Source of the DNA: Gekko japonicus
Taxonomy: Eukaryota
Direction of reading: 5' to 3'
Assembly: GCF_001447785.1 (NCBI RefSeq)
Contig: NW_015164247.1
Coordinates: 30,600 to 94,599, forward strand
Length of the DNA: 64,000 nt
The position numbers and the translations under genes are program-made. The notes beneath the pieces were generated by a model. That model did not search any database. It saw nothing but the letters and a program-made list of their open reading frames with translations, and was not told the origin of the DNA. This document shows positions 23,101 through 33,866 of the stretch, one piece after another (the first letter of the stretch is position 1; each line of letters begins with the position of its first letter).

Positions 23101-23901
23101 AAAAAGCAGAATTGCTTGATTGGCTCAGGTCCGTAGCTTATAGCACAACAAAGACTTTTCTTTAAAACAGAACTCTTCCCCCCCCCCCCCCCCCGCCCCC
23201 CCCCCGGGGCGCCCTCTTCCATTTTTTTTTTAAAAACCCTTCCCCCCCCCCCCCCGAGATATCCCAGAGGGTACCTTATTAGCCTTTTATTAATGGACTT
23301 TGTTTTGGCAGCAACAGACTTAAGTGTTTATGAGCCAAAGCCTGCATGCATCGGACAAATTGACCCTTGACTCCCACAACCTTATGCCACAATAAAAGTA
23401 TTGATTAGGGATGGGCATAAACCAAACCGTAAAGTAAAAATAGCTGAGAACTTAAAAGGGACTGCAGAAGAAAATGCAAAAAACAGCTGAGTGGCAGGGA
23501 GCTGCCCGCTGCTTTTTGCACTTTACTGTGCAGTCTGTTTGAAGGGACTGCACAAGAAATCACAAATGAAAGCTGCAGCGGGCTCTGCGGCTCAGTTGGT
23601 TTTTTTTTTGCACTTTCTGCAACCACACACACAAACACCCAGTTTAAAGGAACCGCAGTCTCTTTCAATGGGGTTTGTGGGGCCATGAAACCCGTAATTT
23701 ATTTATTACTCTTTATTTTTAGGCATTCAGAGACTTCAACAAATGCTGCATGACAAGATAGATGAATCCATTCCCATCTGTTCATCTCTTGTAAAAAATG
23801 AGTATTGCAAGTCAGATGATGAAACTTCTAACTACATGAGCACTTCAGTGGATGATGTTCCAGAAGGATGTTCACACCTGAAAAAAATAGCTGTTTTTTG
23901 A
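1959..23901 (+). CDS. ACC-synthase-like PLP-dependent enzyme (ACCS/ACCSL family, aminotransferase class I/II), 14 coding exons, 486 aa
   Basis: Exons 1959-2123, 3168-3227, 5906-5976, 6683-6752, 7663-7729, 8539-8636, 9936-10013, 12740-12840, 14416-14502, 15715-15760, 19641-19782, 20860-21002, 21630-21783, 23723-23901. All are GT-AG with compatible phases and total 1461 nt with no internal stop. Motifs GTSENRL, PAPYYGG, NPHNPLG, DEIY, FSKDFGMCGVRVG and EPGWFRLVFSD align to ACCS/ACS boxes. Symbol withheld because the locus is not the EXT2-linked ACCS/ACCSL locus. Confidence 0.93.
3168..3227 (+). CDS. ACCS-like exon 2
   Basis: cccag|GILNFGTSENRLCYDLIHGR|gtaagt. Confidence 0.93.
3449..5575 (-). 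mobile_element. PIF/Harbinger DNA transposon derivative with truncated transposase (ORF 4573-3842)
   Basis: Terminal inverted GGGGAATTTCA at 3449 and at 5565-5575. The ORF has the HARBI1-like N-terminal/HTH motifs FQKSRATFFEL and ISIPVEKRLAITLWYLA...FGVGLST; no DDE domain is present. Confidence 0.85.
5906..5976 (+). CDS. ACCS-like exon 3
   Basis: gacag|LTKPDMTYLEPHLLQYSDTQGIK|gtatga. Confidence 0.9.
6683..6752 (+). CDS. ACCS-like exon 4
   Basis: ttcag|FREEIAKFLTEYAKAPSALDPEH|gtaaag. Confidence 0.92.
7663..7729 (+). CDS. ACCS-like exon 5
   Basis: caag|ITVMNGCCAVFATLSTVLCDPG|gtaag. Confidence 0.93.
8539..8636 (+). CDS. ACCS-like exon 6
   Basis: tgcag|GYLIPAPYYGGINSKTWLYGGMQPVHVPLFSE|gtaaag. 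Confidence 0.93.
8655..9095 (-). mobile_element. L2-type LINE 3' fragment
   Basis: QFKVLVLTFK...RALSIVAPHLWNALP C-terminal motif and an ATTT-rich tail. Confidence 0.8.
9936..10013 (+). CDS. ACCS-like exon 7
   Basis: tgcag|VTNEDGRPFQLTIEKLEIAYKRAMEQ|gtaag. Confidence 0.93.
11285..11725. mobile_element. Penelope-like element remnant with inverted pseudo-LTR ends
   Basis: agagtccagtagcaccttaaagactaacaaaa at 11285 is mirrored by ttttgttagtcttgaaggtgcttcctggactct ending near 11686; related pieces at about 10785-10853 and 23310-23405. Confidence 0.7.
12740..12840 (+). CDS. ACCS-like exon 8
   Basis: ttcag|GIRVRALILINPHNPLGDIYPAQLLKECLEFAH|gtttga. Confidence 0.93.
13331..13495. mobile_element. Small MITE with 24-bp TIRs, nested in a palindromic repeat
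   Basis: GGCTCTTCTGCATCCTCATTTTCT ... AGAAAATGAGAATGCAGAAGAGCC (23/24 complementary). Confidence 0.75.
14416..14502 (+). CDS. ACCS-like exon 9
   Basis: tatag|YQLHIIMDEIYMLSVYGDTTFTSILSLD|gtaagt. Confidence 0.93.
15715..15760 (+). CDS. ACCS-like exon 10 (ends in the PLP Schiff-base lysine)
   Basis: taag|LPDPDRTHFMWGFSK|gtagg. Confidence 0.93.
15904..16109 (+). mobile_element. hAT-type MITE
   Basis: TIR CAGTGTTGCCTCTAAGCTG / CAGCTTAGAGGGAACATTG with perfect 8-bp TSD ATTATGGG. Confidence 0.88.
18920..19437 (+). mobile_element. L2-type LINE 3' end
   Basis: RAFPVAAPSWWNELP motif, gtgagccgccctgag 3' element and (TAAA)n tail. Confidence 0.85.
19641..19782 (+). CDS. ACCS-like exon 11
   Basis: aaag|DFGMCGVRVGILYTRNDEVRKAVNKLAVFHACPGPVQHVLSQFLSDR|gttagt. 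Confidence 0.92.
20066..20280. mobile_element. AGGGTTGCCA...CAACCCTA family non-autonomous repeat
   Basis: Inverted ends; related copies at about 60-138, 17311-17500, 17808-18075 and 35390-35570. Confidence 0.6.
20860..21002 (+). CDS. ACCS-like exon 12
   Basis: gacag|WLDNVFFPTNRRRLKEARNILVDGLAEIGIPVFKSSGGLYIWADFRK|gtatgt. Confidence 0.93.
21630..21783 (+). CDS. ACCS-like exon 13
   Basis: cttag|FLKSQTFEAEMDLWWKLLQEKLLISPGKAFCCYEPGWFRLVFSDSVDKIYL|gtaag. Confidence 0.93.
22037..22996. mobile_element. CpG-rich non-autonomous DNA transposon (Harbinger-like TIRs)
   Basis: Left GGCCCCAGTCACACGGGCCGGATAACGCGGGGGGGAGGC versus reverse complement of the right end GGCTCCGGTCACATGGGCAGGAAACTGCGGGGGGGAAGC. 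Confidence 0.75.
23723..23901 (+). CDS. ACCS-like terminal exon 14
   Basis: tttag|(C)IQRLQQMLHDKIDES...KKIAVF then TGA at 23899-23901. Confidence 0.88.
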
Positions 23902-25109
23902 GAACTTGAATACAGATGCGTCATGTTTTTCTTTTATTGTATAACTTCTCACTGTTTGTGATTGTAACTTCACAGGCACGCCTTTCTTTCATTGTAACTT
24001 GTAGTTATCAACTTGGTTAGTAGAATACTTGAACTGTTTTTTATGTTTTTTGGAATCTAGCATGCATTCTTCCCCAATTTTCCTTTTCCTGGAGCACTGA
24101 AGCCTAACTTGGACATGACAGTGGCAAAATCCCATGCCGAATTCATGAATTGTAGAGGGGATGATTTAAAGTGCTTTGGGGTGGGAAGGATGAAAAAGTT
24201 CAGTACTTATTTCCCGACAATATTGCACTTTCCCCTGGTTTTATAGGAATTTGATCATGCCACTATAACACCTAGGTTGGCCTCAAAGCATGGCTGTAGC
24301 TTCAGGCTTGTTTACACTTCTCGGTATTTAAATTTGTTGATAACAAAGACATAACATTAGTGCTTTGAATATGGACAGTTTGCTTAGTGTATCTTGGCCC
24401 ACCAAGAGCAAAACAACTTTATACTATGTATACATATCTTAAATTAGAAAATACTGAAACAAATAATAACTAGCTACTGAATTTCTTCTGAATTGGTAGA
24501 CAGCAAAATGTTCAGTTATTCAGAGTCCTTTAAAACACTGCTAAGATTTCTGAATGTGCACAACTGTAAACGCTTTCTACGAAAGTGTTCAAATTTCTAG
24601 TTTCATTCTTGGCTTTTTAAAACAGGCTGTTTATATATTGTACTGTTTAAATTATGTTTGCAAAATTGTCATTTGATAAGATGTAAAATTGAATCCTGTA
24701 AATACTTTTTATATGCATATACTTGTTTTCTGGTGTTATTGGCTGTGGAAGGAATGGGGCATAGGGATTAATAGTGAACGTTGATGTTGAGTTAACTGAA
24801 GTATGCTATAAAAAGAGTGGGTGGGGGGAAGACATCTGATCTTAATTTGGTAGCCACCTGCTGTAGCAACGTAGCTACAACAATATCAGGGAAGGTTATT
24901 TTTTTACTCCCAAGTCCTGATACATGGAGCAGTAATGTCTTCAAGAAATTGGTGGGAAAGAATCCTTACAGCTGATCACAAAAGAAATATGAGTTGGCAC
25001 AATAATAAAGGTCTGAAAATGGCAAATATGATTTAGGATGCATTAGTGGAAGCACATCATTCAAGCTACAAGGGAAAGAAAGCTCTGCTGTACCCCAGGC
25101 AGTAGTCCT

Positions 25110-25597
25110 TAGGGGTGTGCCTTCGAGTCCACCTGAATGGAAAATATACCTGGAAAACACCATATCGGTATTTTTGGGGTATATTTTGGCTTCCCAAATG
25201 TATTGGATTTTTTGGGAGAACCGTAAAATAATCCCCCCAAAAAAATCCTGGATATACCAGCAAAACTGGGCTGCCCAGTAGAACTTGTGGGGAGAAATCT
25301 CCCCGCAGAATTGGCTCCTGGGCAGGCTTTGTTGGACAGTCCAGTTTAAAGAGACTGCCCAAAGGGGCCCTAGCTGAACCTCCCCTCAGTTGTTTTTAGT
25401 GGCTTTACTACTCCCCCCCCCCCTTTTTTTGGTCTGGGTCAATTGGTCCTGAAATTTAGAATTTCTGAAAAATCCTGGATCCAAATACTTTACCAGTATT
25501 GGGATCTGGGTTTTTTCAGGAATCCCAAAATTTGGGTGTGTGTGTTTTCCAATGGACCTGAACGGAAAAATACAGAGGGAAAAATTGTGCACCTCTA
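25110..25597. mobile_element. hAT-type MITE
   Basis: Ends TAGGGGTGTGC / GTGCACCTCTA with perfect 8-bp TSD GTAGTCCT. Confidence 0.8.
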
Positions 25598-26771
25598 GTA
25601 GTCCTGTGTCCTCCAGATGCTACAGAATTGGAACTGGTTCAGAGGTAAGAAGGAAACATGGTTGTGGATCTGGAAAATGGGCTCCGTCTTCAACATCACC
25701 AATATTAAGACTATATTGTTTTGTTTTACAAATGCAGAAAAAGGTTCCATGGTTCTGGGCAACTGCCTTGCTACCTCTAGAATCTGGATATGATTCATTG
25801 TAGTAAATATACTAGGGTATTTTCTGCACACTTCTGGTTTTCTTAGCAGTTGATCCGCGAGCATTGCAATCAGTTTGGGCAGTTTTTCTGCGCATGCCTT
25901 AATAATCTCAGGATTTTCAAAGTGTTGGTGTCAGTGGTTTTTTTAAAAGACAGTATCCATATACTGCTGTATATCTGAAAATGAAGAAGAGTAGGTTTTT
26001 GTACTCCACTTTTCTCTACCATTAGGGAGTCTTAAAAGTGGCTTACAATTGCCTTCCCCTCCCCACAACAATCACCTTGTGAGGTAGGTGGGGCTGAGAG
26101 AGTTGTAACTGGCCCAAGGTCACCCAACAGACTTCATGTGTAGTGAGGAATCAAACCCTGTTCTCCAGCTTAGAGTCCACTGCTCTTAACCACTACCCTG
26201 GCTCTCTCTGAGTACAGCTTTAGAAGAAAAAAACAGCCTGCCCTAGTGTCAATACCTAATAGTTCAAGCTCTTTGGGAAACTGTTAAGTAAAACGATAGG
26301 ATTTGTTCTTATAAAATTTACTACTGGTGAAGGGGGGGGGCTCTGACCCCAAAAAAGGCTATGGCTGAGGACTCTGACCCTTATAGACAAAAGCCACACA
26401 AGACAGGCTGTAGCAAGGTGGGCAATCAGGTGAGACTGAGCAAAGAAGCCAGAAGAATTCAACCCAGAAACCTAATAGCATTGTACCACAGATTTATCCT
26501 TTACATGTTTAGCTGTAACTACTGTTCTGGCCCCATGAAACCACATCTTTCAGATGATTTTGGTTAATCGCTACAGTTAATGGCTTTACTAAAATGTCCA
26601 TCAACCATAAAAAGAACCTCATCCAGCAGTTTTAATTTAGTAAATCGAAATGATTCTGTATATTGCTTGCCTTTGCTATACATAAGATAAATTTCTCTAG
26701 TTCACAATTGCTTAATATTTTTATAATAACTTTAATGCTTTTTTTTTTAAACAGGAAGAATGTTTTTGCTT

Positions 26772-26777
26772 TTTATT
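26772..26777 (-). terminator. Candidate polyadenylation signal of GATAD1
   Basis: AATAAA on the - strand at the end of about 1.3 kb of AT-rich UTR-like sequence; another candidate lies near 27560. Confidence 0.4.
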
Positions 26778-28057
26778 GATCACTGAAAGCTTTAAAAAAC
26801 ATGTTGGTATACAGCATACTTCTAAAAGGTACCAGTAAATAGAAGCAGTATAGTAAATCTAGGGTTTTGTTTTAAATAAAATTCAGTGTTACTTCATTTT
26901 AAGTAAACAGCAAAGTGATCAGCATACAAATAACTACTGATCTGAGAAACAATGGGGGGGATCCACAAATGGTTTTGAAGTAAAATAAGCCTTTAAAAAC
27001 ATCTACCCCCTACCCTGTAGCAAGGTTATTTCACTCTTACATATAATAGCTCAAAATAAGATCTGCATATGCATTTTTCCATTGAGTTGCATAACCAATT
27101 GTTAACATTTTCTAAAGTTCATCTTCGTGAACGTATATGTATAAGAACTTCCCAGCTATGTGATTCCTGAAGGCATTCAAGGACTGGCTGAAGTATCTTA
27201 CATGCGTACATATGTGCATTTCTGTTCATAAGTACACTGAATTTTTTAGCAAGGACATGTAGGACAAACAGCTACATTTTTAAACGGTTACAAGTTTTAG
27301 TCACCACTTTGTGACTATTCAATGAATGTGTTTATAGATTACAAGTATTTGTATAACTTGTGTTACAAGTTATAAAATTAAGTCAACAAAATGCCATCAA
27401 TTATTTTACTAACTTCTCCGGCCCTCTATGAAATCAATTTCCAAAGGTTTTCCTATTTTGCATACCTTATTCACAAAGACTTAAGTGGTTATTTACAAGC
27501 CTGCACAGTTGACATGTTGGGCTTAGTTCTTCGGTTTAATTCTAAATGTGTACCTTACCTTTATTAAACTCAGTAGTATACAAAGGTTTCTCCTAGATCT
27601 CCTAGCCAGGTACTTACCAGCTCATACTTACTTAGTTTTTGAATGAGTTTTCAACCCATAGCTTAGACTATCTTCATAGAGGCATTGACATTTTTAGAAT
27701 AAAATAAGGTTTTTCAGCTGGATCTCTACACTCATTCACCCACAATCACATCAATATCAAGTCCTAATTATTAGATCAGTGTTCTTTTGCAGATTGACAT
27801 AGACACTGTACAGAAAGTAGTAACATTGGTATATTTCTACATAACACAAGTGAGACATACAAAATATAGCCCTCACAACAAAGGTGAGTAATGTAGTTTA
27901 GACAGAGAAAACAAAAGCAAATTTTAGAGAAGACTTGATTTTAACAAAGGCACCCATATTTTTTAAAAAATAAATAAAAGCCACTTCTAGGGCCAGGTGG
28001 GTAACAATACACAAGAATTTGTAATAAAATTATATATGTGGAATTTCTAAAGACAGC

Positions 28058-28248
28058 CTACAAGCTGCTGGCCACAGTTTCCTTGATTGAGATTGCTGGA
28101 GTAGGTCCGACATGAGTCCAGATATAACCTTTTTCTGGCCTGGTAGGAATGGTAGGAAAAGGGGATGATCGAGACTTGAAATACTCCGATGGCGCATGAC
28201 AAACAAAATCTAAGTATTCGATTTTTCTTGGGAGATCTTCTTCTGGTC
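28058..28248 (-). CDS. GATAD1: GATAD1 exon 5 (terminal)
   Basis: PEEDLPRKIEYLDFVCHAPSEYFKSRSSPFP...VASSL then TAG. Confidence 0.96.
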
Positions 28249-31200
28249 CTTTAGTAAAAAAGGAGGAGGGGGGAGAAAAGAGAGCTCTTTATCTCTCAAA
28301 TATTGTATTAGGTACATGTACATCATAATTCCGCTACAACATGTTACAGGAAACTGGTACCTTCTTCCTATCCACTACATAAGCAAGCAGCAGGCTGCAT
28401 AAGTTGGTAGTGCAACTGCATTATTCCCCCCCCCCCATGTCAAATGGGGAAAAGTTGCACTTGGGGGCCACAGGAAGGACATAAAAAGCTATATGGGACA
28501 ACTGAGAGATGACACCTCTGAAAGGCTGGCAGCACACACAGATTGTCAGTATAGCCATGCTCCCTAGGATTACTTCAGTGATGGTAGGGTGGGGGAGAAA
28601 GGCAGATATTTGTCAAGCTGCAACAGACATGATGGATTCTAGGCTAAAAAGTAAATACGAGATTCACATGTTTTGTGTGCACATACTGCAGCCCCTTTCC
28701 ACAGAACAATGGTCAATGACAGATGAAATCAGCACCTTTATGGACACAATGCAGACTGTTATCAGCACAATGGGTGAGAGTACTGGCTGCTTTTCAAATA
28801 GGTAACTTTGATCTTTGGTTCATTTTTCTTCACATTGATGCAATCTAGTATGGACAAGCAATCCCGGGGAGACTTGAATGGCACCTAAGTGTAACTAATT
28901 AGCTAATCCTAAGTAAGAAAACCAAGCCTAAAACTACACAGCTACACCACAAGCAGTGCTTTACACAATGGTTTCTCAGAAAAAACAGCATTTTAGGCCT
29001 TGGAACTTACCTATTATGTAAGTTGCAGGGTCAAAACAGTCTTTGGGGCTAGCTGTAGTAGGAATCAGCCATGTTAAAGCTGCACTTTTTTCACAGTACT
29101 GGTCTTGAATAAACCCTCTAATTTGAGCATAGTATGTTTTACCATCCTGCTCATCAATTACTGAAACAACATCTCCAATCTGATAGTAAACTCCCTAGAA
29201 AAGATATAGACAGTTAGAGGTTTTTTTCTTTTTTTAAAGACTTTAACAGTTGTTAAGTCTATGGTCAATTAATCATTTTGCTGCCCTTACTGGTCTACAA
29301 TTTTGCCCTTTTCCTATACCACCACCTCAGATAGATCATAATGTTTTCTTGTTTAATGGCATCTTTGGTGTCTTCTCCCAACAAACAAGAAATGAAAAGA
29401 CCTCCCCTTTATTTTCCTTTTCTCTCAAAGGCAGTAACTGGGAATCGGCTGCTTTGAATTCAAGCTAGATAGCTACCAATATTGTTTGGGTGATGTAGTT
29501 TAACATTCAGATATTTTAAAAGCCAAGCATCAATACCTGATCTAACAGACATTAATTAAGCTGGAACTGCACTCATAAGCTTGGATATAAACAGCTCCTT
29601 TTGCAAGTGGAAAGTGCTCCTTCTCATTAAACAGGCACATGTATTCTCTAATTTCCTTCTTGGTTGCAGTTTTCTGTGCCTCTTCAGATAATCTTCTAAT
29701 TCCAGAAGTTCACAGATTTGCAGAAACATATTTGCAAAAACATTTTGGCAAATGCTTCCCTTAGATCTTGATGTTTCTTTGCACCTTCAGTGAACTTAAT
29801 CATCTTCTCGTGAAATTTTTAAACTCTACGTATTAAAAATACTCTTAATATCAAGTTTAGGTAACAGTGGTAGTGCCCTTTGTGAGATTTATAAAACTTA
29901 AAAGCCATACCTTATAAAAGATAGATTCTGCTGTAATTATAGTAGCTACGGACTCTGGAGCTTTGATAGGCTTAAATAAGAAAGGTACAATGGTTAATGT
30001 ACAAAGAATGTGTGTGTTACTATTGTCTGAAATATTATGCTTTTTTGTAAATTAGCTTTTGCCAAGGAAAAAAGATTACACAAAGCATCTTTGGACCACT
30101 AGATAAAAAATAAACATGGCAACAAATATCACTTATTCCTTTTAGCATTAAAAAAAATGATACAAATTCATTGGAATATTTCCATGGTGTGCTTCAGCTT
30201 AGAAAGCTTTTCAAGATTTTATGTACTGCTTACTCTGAAGATCTATACTAAATCAGAAACAGAAAAGTATCTCATTTAAAGAAACCATCTGAGAGCCATT
30301 TCACACATCATGGTTTGCAAGAATATACTGTCTATTTCAAGTAGCTACATGTGTCTATTTCAATATGAGAATGTGAACTGTATAGGTAACATGAAGCAGT
30401 AATCTATGCTGCTGCTTTAAATGTCAGCATACTCTGAACCAATGTTCCCTCTAAGCTATGCAGCCCTGTGAGCAAAAATTCTACTTTGTAAGCTATTGGC
30501 ATTAAAGCTGTGAGCAGGAGATTTGGCTGCTGCATGAATTAGTTTGTTCTGGAGCCATCCTTCTTGAGCTGAGACAAAAATGTGTGAGCCAGAGGCTAAA
30601 AAACTGTGAGCTAGCTCACACTAACTCAGCTTAGCGGGAACACTGCTCTGAACCTATAAGATTTGGCAATGTATATGCTAAATACATTAAATATTGATAC
30701 ACTGTATACACATTTTCTTAGTCTATTTGCAAAAGTGGAATAGTATTCATAACATTGCATGAAGAGTTTAAGCAGTTCTGTAGTCTTACACTTGGACCCG
30801 CTAAATAAAATCTAAAGGACTGCAGAAATTGAAGTGAAACAACTTAGGCCCACAAAGGAGATGTGACTGCATCCAATGGGCTCTTTCAGAAACAAAATGA
30901 ACCACTGAAAAATGATTGAAACAATCACAACAATTCAAGATATACAAATAGTCTAAAGAGCTAGGACACAGCTTCCCATTTCATTAATAAATTTCTTGAA
31001 TCTGTACTAGTAAATACAACACTGTGTCCTATTTTTAGTTTTACACTACAACTGTAATCTAGTGGAACTGGAAAGTTCCATCTTAAAACTACTGTCTAAC
31101 TAGACAGCAGCCTTTGCAAAAACAAGCTCCCTTTGTTCTTCAAATTCCCATGTCAACACCCATTCTAGGCCATTACACTCTCCCTTTCCTATCCAGCCCA

Positions 31201-33418
31201 ATTCTAGTACTATGTCCTGCCTTTTTCCCCAAATCCCTTCACATATGCCACTTTGTACAGGTGTCATTTCCATAACACACCCTTCTATTTGCTTTGTGTC
31301 GATATAAGCTTTCACTGCATGCGACCCTGCACACATCCATCCTAAACAGAACCACTTCCTGTGCAGGCAAGCTGAATCCCAGGGAGATTCCTGTGCCTTT
31401 GGTTTTCCCTAAACAGAATTTATAACTACATAGGGAACGTTATACTTGATGCTAACCTTAAGGTGTAAGGCTCTTGTACCCACTACAGCACCTAGCACAT
31501 TGCTAGCATTTAGTAAACAGTCAACAGTAGCAGGAGTCCATAATTATCTTACATTTTTTAACTTAAAAATGTGCCTTCTCCCTTTTCCTTTAGTAGAAAC
31601 TTTCTTTTCAGCTGCAGGAGCAGACTTGTACTTTGTGTTCCTCAGTCGAGCAGATCTCCTGTGAATTTCTTGCTTACTCTATGGTATGCAAAAATAAATA
31701 TTGGTTACACCAGAGCATGGATACAATCAAACGCACAAAAACAATAATGATATCCTATAAGAAACTGTAGGATCAGTCACCACCGTGCCAGAAAAGAAAT
31801 CTTCAAGTTCAACCCATCCTAAATCAATTTATTTAGAAATTTAAAAATCCCATTAAGTTCAGTGAGAAATTTGGTGGACTAAGTAGTTCCAGTAATTCTC
31901 TGGAATAACCAAATTCACGTTTCAGCCGAAGTTAATTCAGACTCATGCAACCCACTCCTATTCATGGTTACAAAGAAAGTCACTCCCATTACACCTCTCT
32001 GCTAAATTGCGCTGCAGCTTTACATACACCCCAGAAGTATACAGTATAAAGTATGTTTAGCATAAACTTAATCATTAAATGAATTAATTTGTTAAACATA
32101 TTAATCTGCAGAATGGTTAAATTAGGTAAAGGTAAAGGTTCCCTTGCTCGAAAGCCAGTCGAATCTGACTCTAGGGTTGCGGTGCTCATCTCCGTTTCAA
32201 AGCCGAAGAGCCAGCGCTGTCCGAAGACGTTTCCGCGGTCATGTGGCCGGCATGACTAAACACCAAGGCGCACGGAACACTGTTACCTTCTCACCGAAGT
32301 GGTACCTATTTATCTACTTGCAATTTCTTGCTTTCGAACTGCTAAGTTGGCAGGAGCTGGAACTAGAGATGAGGGAGCTCACTCCATCATGTGGCACCCG
32401 AGTCTCGAACTGCTGAACTACCGACCTTCCACAGCCTGCAGTTCAGCGTCTTAACCACTTAAGCCACCGCAGCTCCGTATGGTTAAATTAGTCAAGTGTT
32501 AAATTGTTAAACCTATGAATTAGTGTTGCTTGCAATTGTTAGATTTGTAGCTTAGTATAGGTCATATTGTTAGAGGGTTAAATCACTAGAATATGTGTTT
32601 GTATTTGTAATTTGGAAGATACATGTACTTTGTAATAAATTGTTGAAAGGTTTTTTAAAATCTATTTTCCAGAAATCTATTTTCCCAGAAGCTGCAAACT
32701 ACACCCCCTTAACCAGTCCAAGTACAACGGTAGCGAAAACTGTTACGAGACAAAGTCGGACACGCTTACTAAGAAGCAACACTAAACCCAGGCGACATTG
32801 ATATTCAACATATTTAGGAGGGCTGCACCATCCAGCTGCAACCTGATACATACTTGAGAGCAAACCCTCCCGAGTTTGGTGAGGGCAGGCCTCGACCCGA
32901 GTAAACAAACAGACGTTTGGGCTGCCTGTAGCACTTGGATGCCCAGCCTGAGAGGGGAGAAGGTGGTCCTTTTTTTCTTTATTCTTCCACTATTAGCGGA
33001 GGAGGACGCTTCTTGTGCTAGCGGAAGCAACTCCGCTTACTCTCCAAGAAGAACGCAGAATAAAGTGAACGGGCCAACTGGGGAGCGAGCGAGCGGGCTT
33101 TGACAGCCGGCAGCCGGCCACCTCTCCTGGGCACAAGAGGGTCGTCGGCCAACCCAACTCCGCCCAAGTGCTCCGGCCCACAGCGGCGGGCAGTGGAGGC
33201 CTCACCTGCTTCCCCCCCCCGCCGCCGCCCCCGCCGCTCCCGCCGTTGCTGTGCTGGGCGGCAGCCGAGGTGGTGGCGTAGGCGGCTCCTCCGGCGCCGG
33301 CCGGCCCTGGGCGCCCCGTGCAGTTGTTGCAAAGGATCTCGCCCTGGCCGCCTTTCTTCCACATGGAGGAGGAGGTGGTGCGACACACGCTGCATGTCGG
33401 CTTCAGGCCTAGCGGCAT
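28058..33418 (-). CDS. GATAD1: GATA zinc finger domain-containing protein 1, 5 exons, 257 aa
   Basis: Exons 33418-33206, 31678-31553, 29970-29911, 29194-29011, 28248-28058 (774 nt). Starts MPLGLKPTCSVC...EILCNNC (GATA-type finger), then a Gly run, SKQEIHRRSARLRN, and ends with a BAH-like region ...GYIWTHVGPTPAI. Confidence 0.97.
29011..29194 (-). CDS. GATAD1: GATAD1 exon 4
   Basis: GVYYQIGDVVSV...YYAQIRGFIQDQYCEKSAALTWLIP...|gtaag. Confidence 0.96.
29911..29970 (-). CDS. GATAD1: GATAD1 exon 3
   Basis: PIKAPESVATIITAESIFYK|gtatg. Confidence 0.96.
30440..30645 (-). mobile_element. hAT-type MITE, same family as 15904-16109, opposite orientation
   Basis: Same TIRs with perfect 8-bp TSD CTCTGAAC. 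Confidence 0.88.
31553..31678 (-). CDS. GATAD1: GATAD1 exon 2
   Basis: SKQEIHRRSARLRNTKYKSAP...RRHIFKLKN|gtaag. Confidence 0.96.
32126..32478 (-). mobile_element. Full-length Sauria SINE
   Basis: tRNA-like head at the 32478 end, (ACCTTT)n tail, 13-bp TSD ATGGTTAAATTAG (32113-32125 and 32479-32491). Confidence 0.9.
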
Positions 33419-33866
33419 CGCGTCGCCTCACGCGCCTCCCCGCTCCCTTCCTTGTCAAACAGAAGCCTGCGAGGCGGCGGCGGCGGCGGCGGCCGCGACG
33501 GATGTTGCCGCTGGAAGCGCCGCTGGTGCTGCTCGGCAAGCGGGAGCGACCAGAGAGGCCCAGGCGGGGGAGACCGGCAATAGCCCCTGCCCTCTGCTGG
33601 CCGTCCCGCGGGTTGCATGCGACCCAGGCGGCCCCGAGGTTTGCTTCGCGTCCTCCGCTCGAAGAGCAGCGACGCCTTCGAACCACTTACGACAGAGCCC
33701 GGCCGTCAGGCGGCCCCACTCGCTTGGAGAGCCGTTTGCAGCAGGCGGTGACACCTCTCGGGACGGTCGCCAAAATGCCGCCCTCGGGGCGTCTCTGAGC
33801 CGGAATGAGGTGAAACGCGCAGGCCTGCTGTTCGCATCTTGTACGCACCTGAAAGCTGACGACCCC
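33080..33866. promoter_or_regulatory. CpG island / GATAD1 promoter and 5' UTR, with a (GGC)n run near 33473-33493
   Basis: Very GC- and CpG-rich block around the GATAD1 ATG; CpG-rich sequence resumes at 35067-35340 beyond an L1 insertion (CCGGAAGTG ETS-type motif at 35320-35328). Confidence 0.85.
33206..33418 (-). CDS. GATAD1: GATAD1 exon 1
   Basis: MPLGLKPTCSVC...GGGGKQ|gtgag, inside a CpG island. Confidence 0.96.

Noticed and set aside
23178-23255. Poly-C/poly-T block suggesting a G-quadruplex element
   Set aside because: It looks like low-quality sequence following a homopolymer and cannot be trusted.
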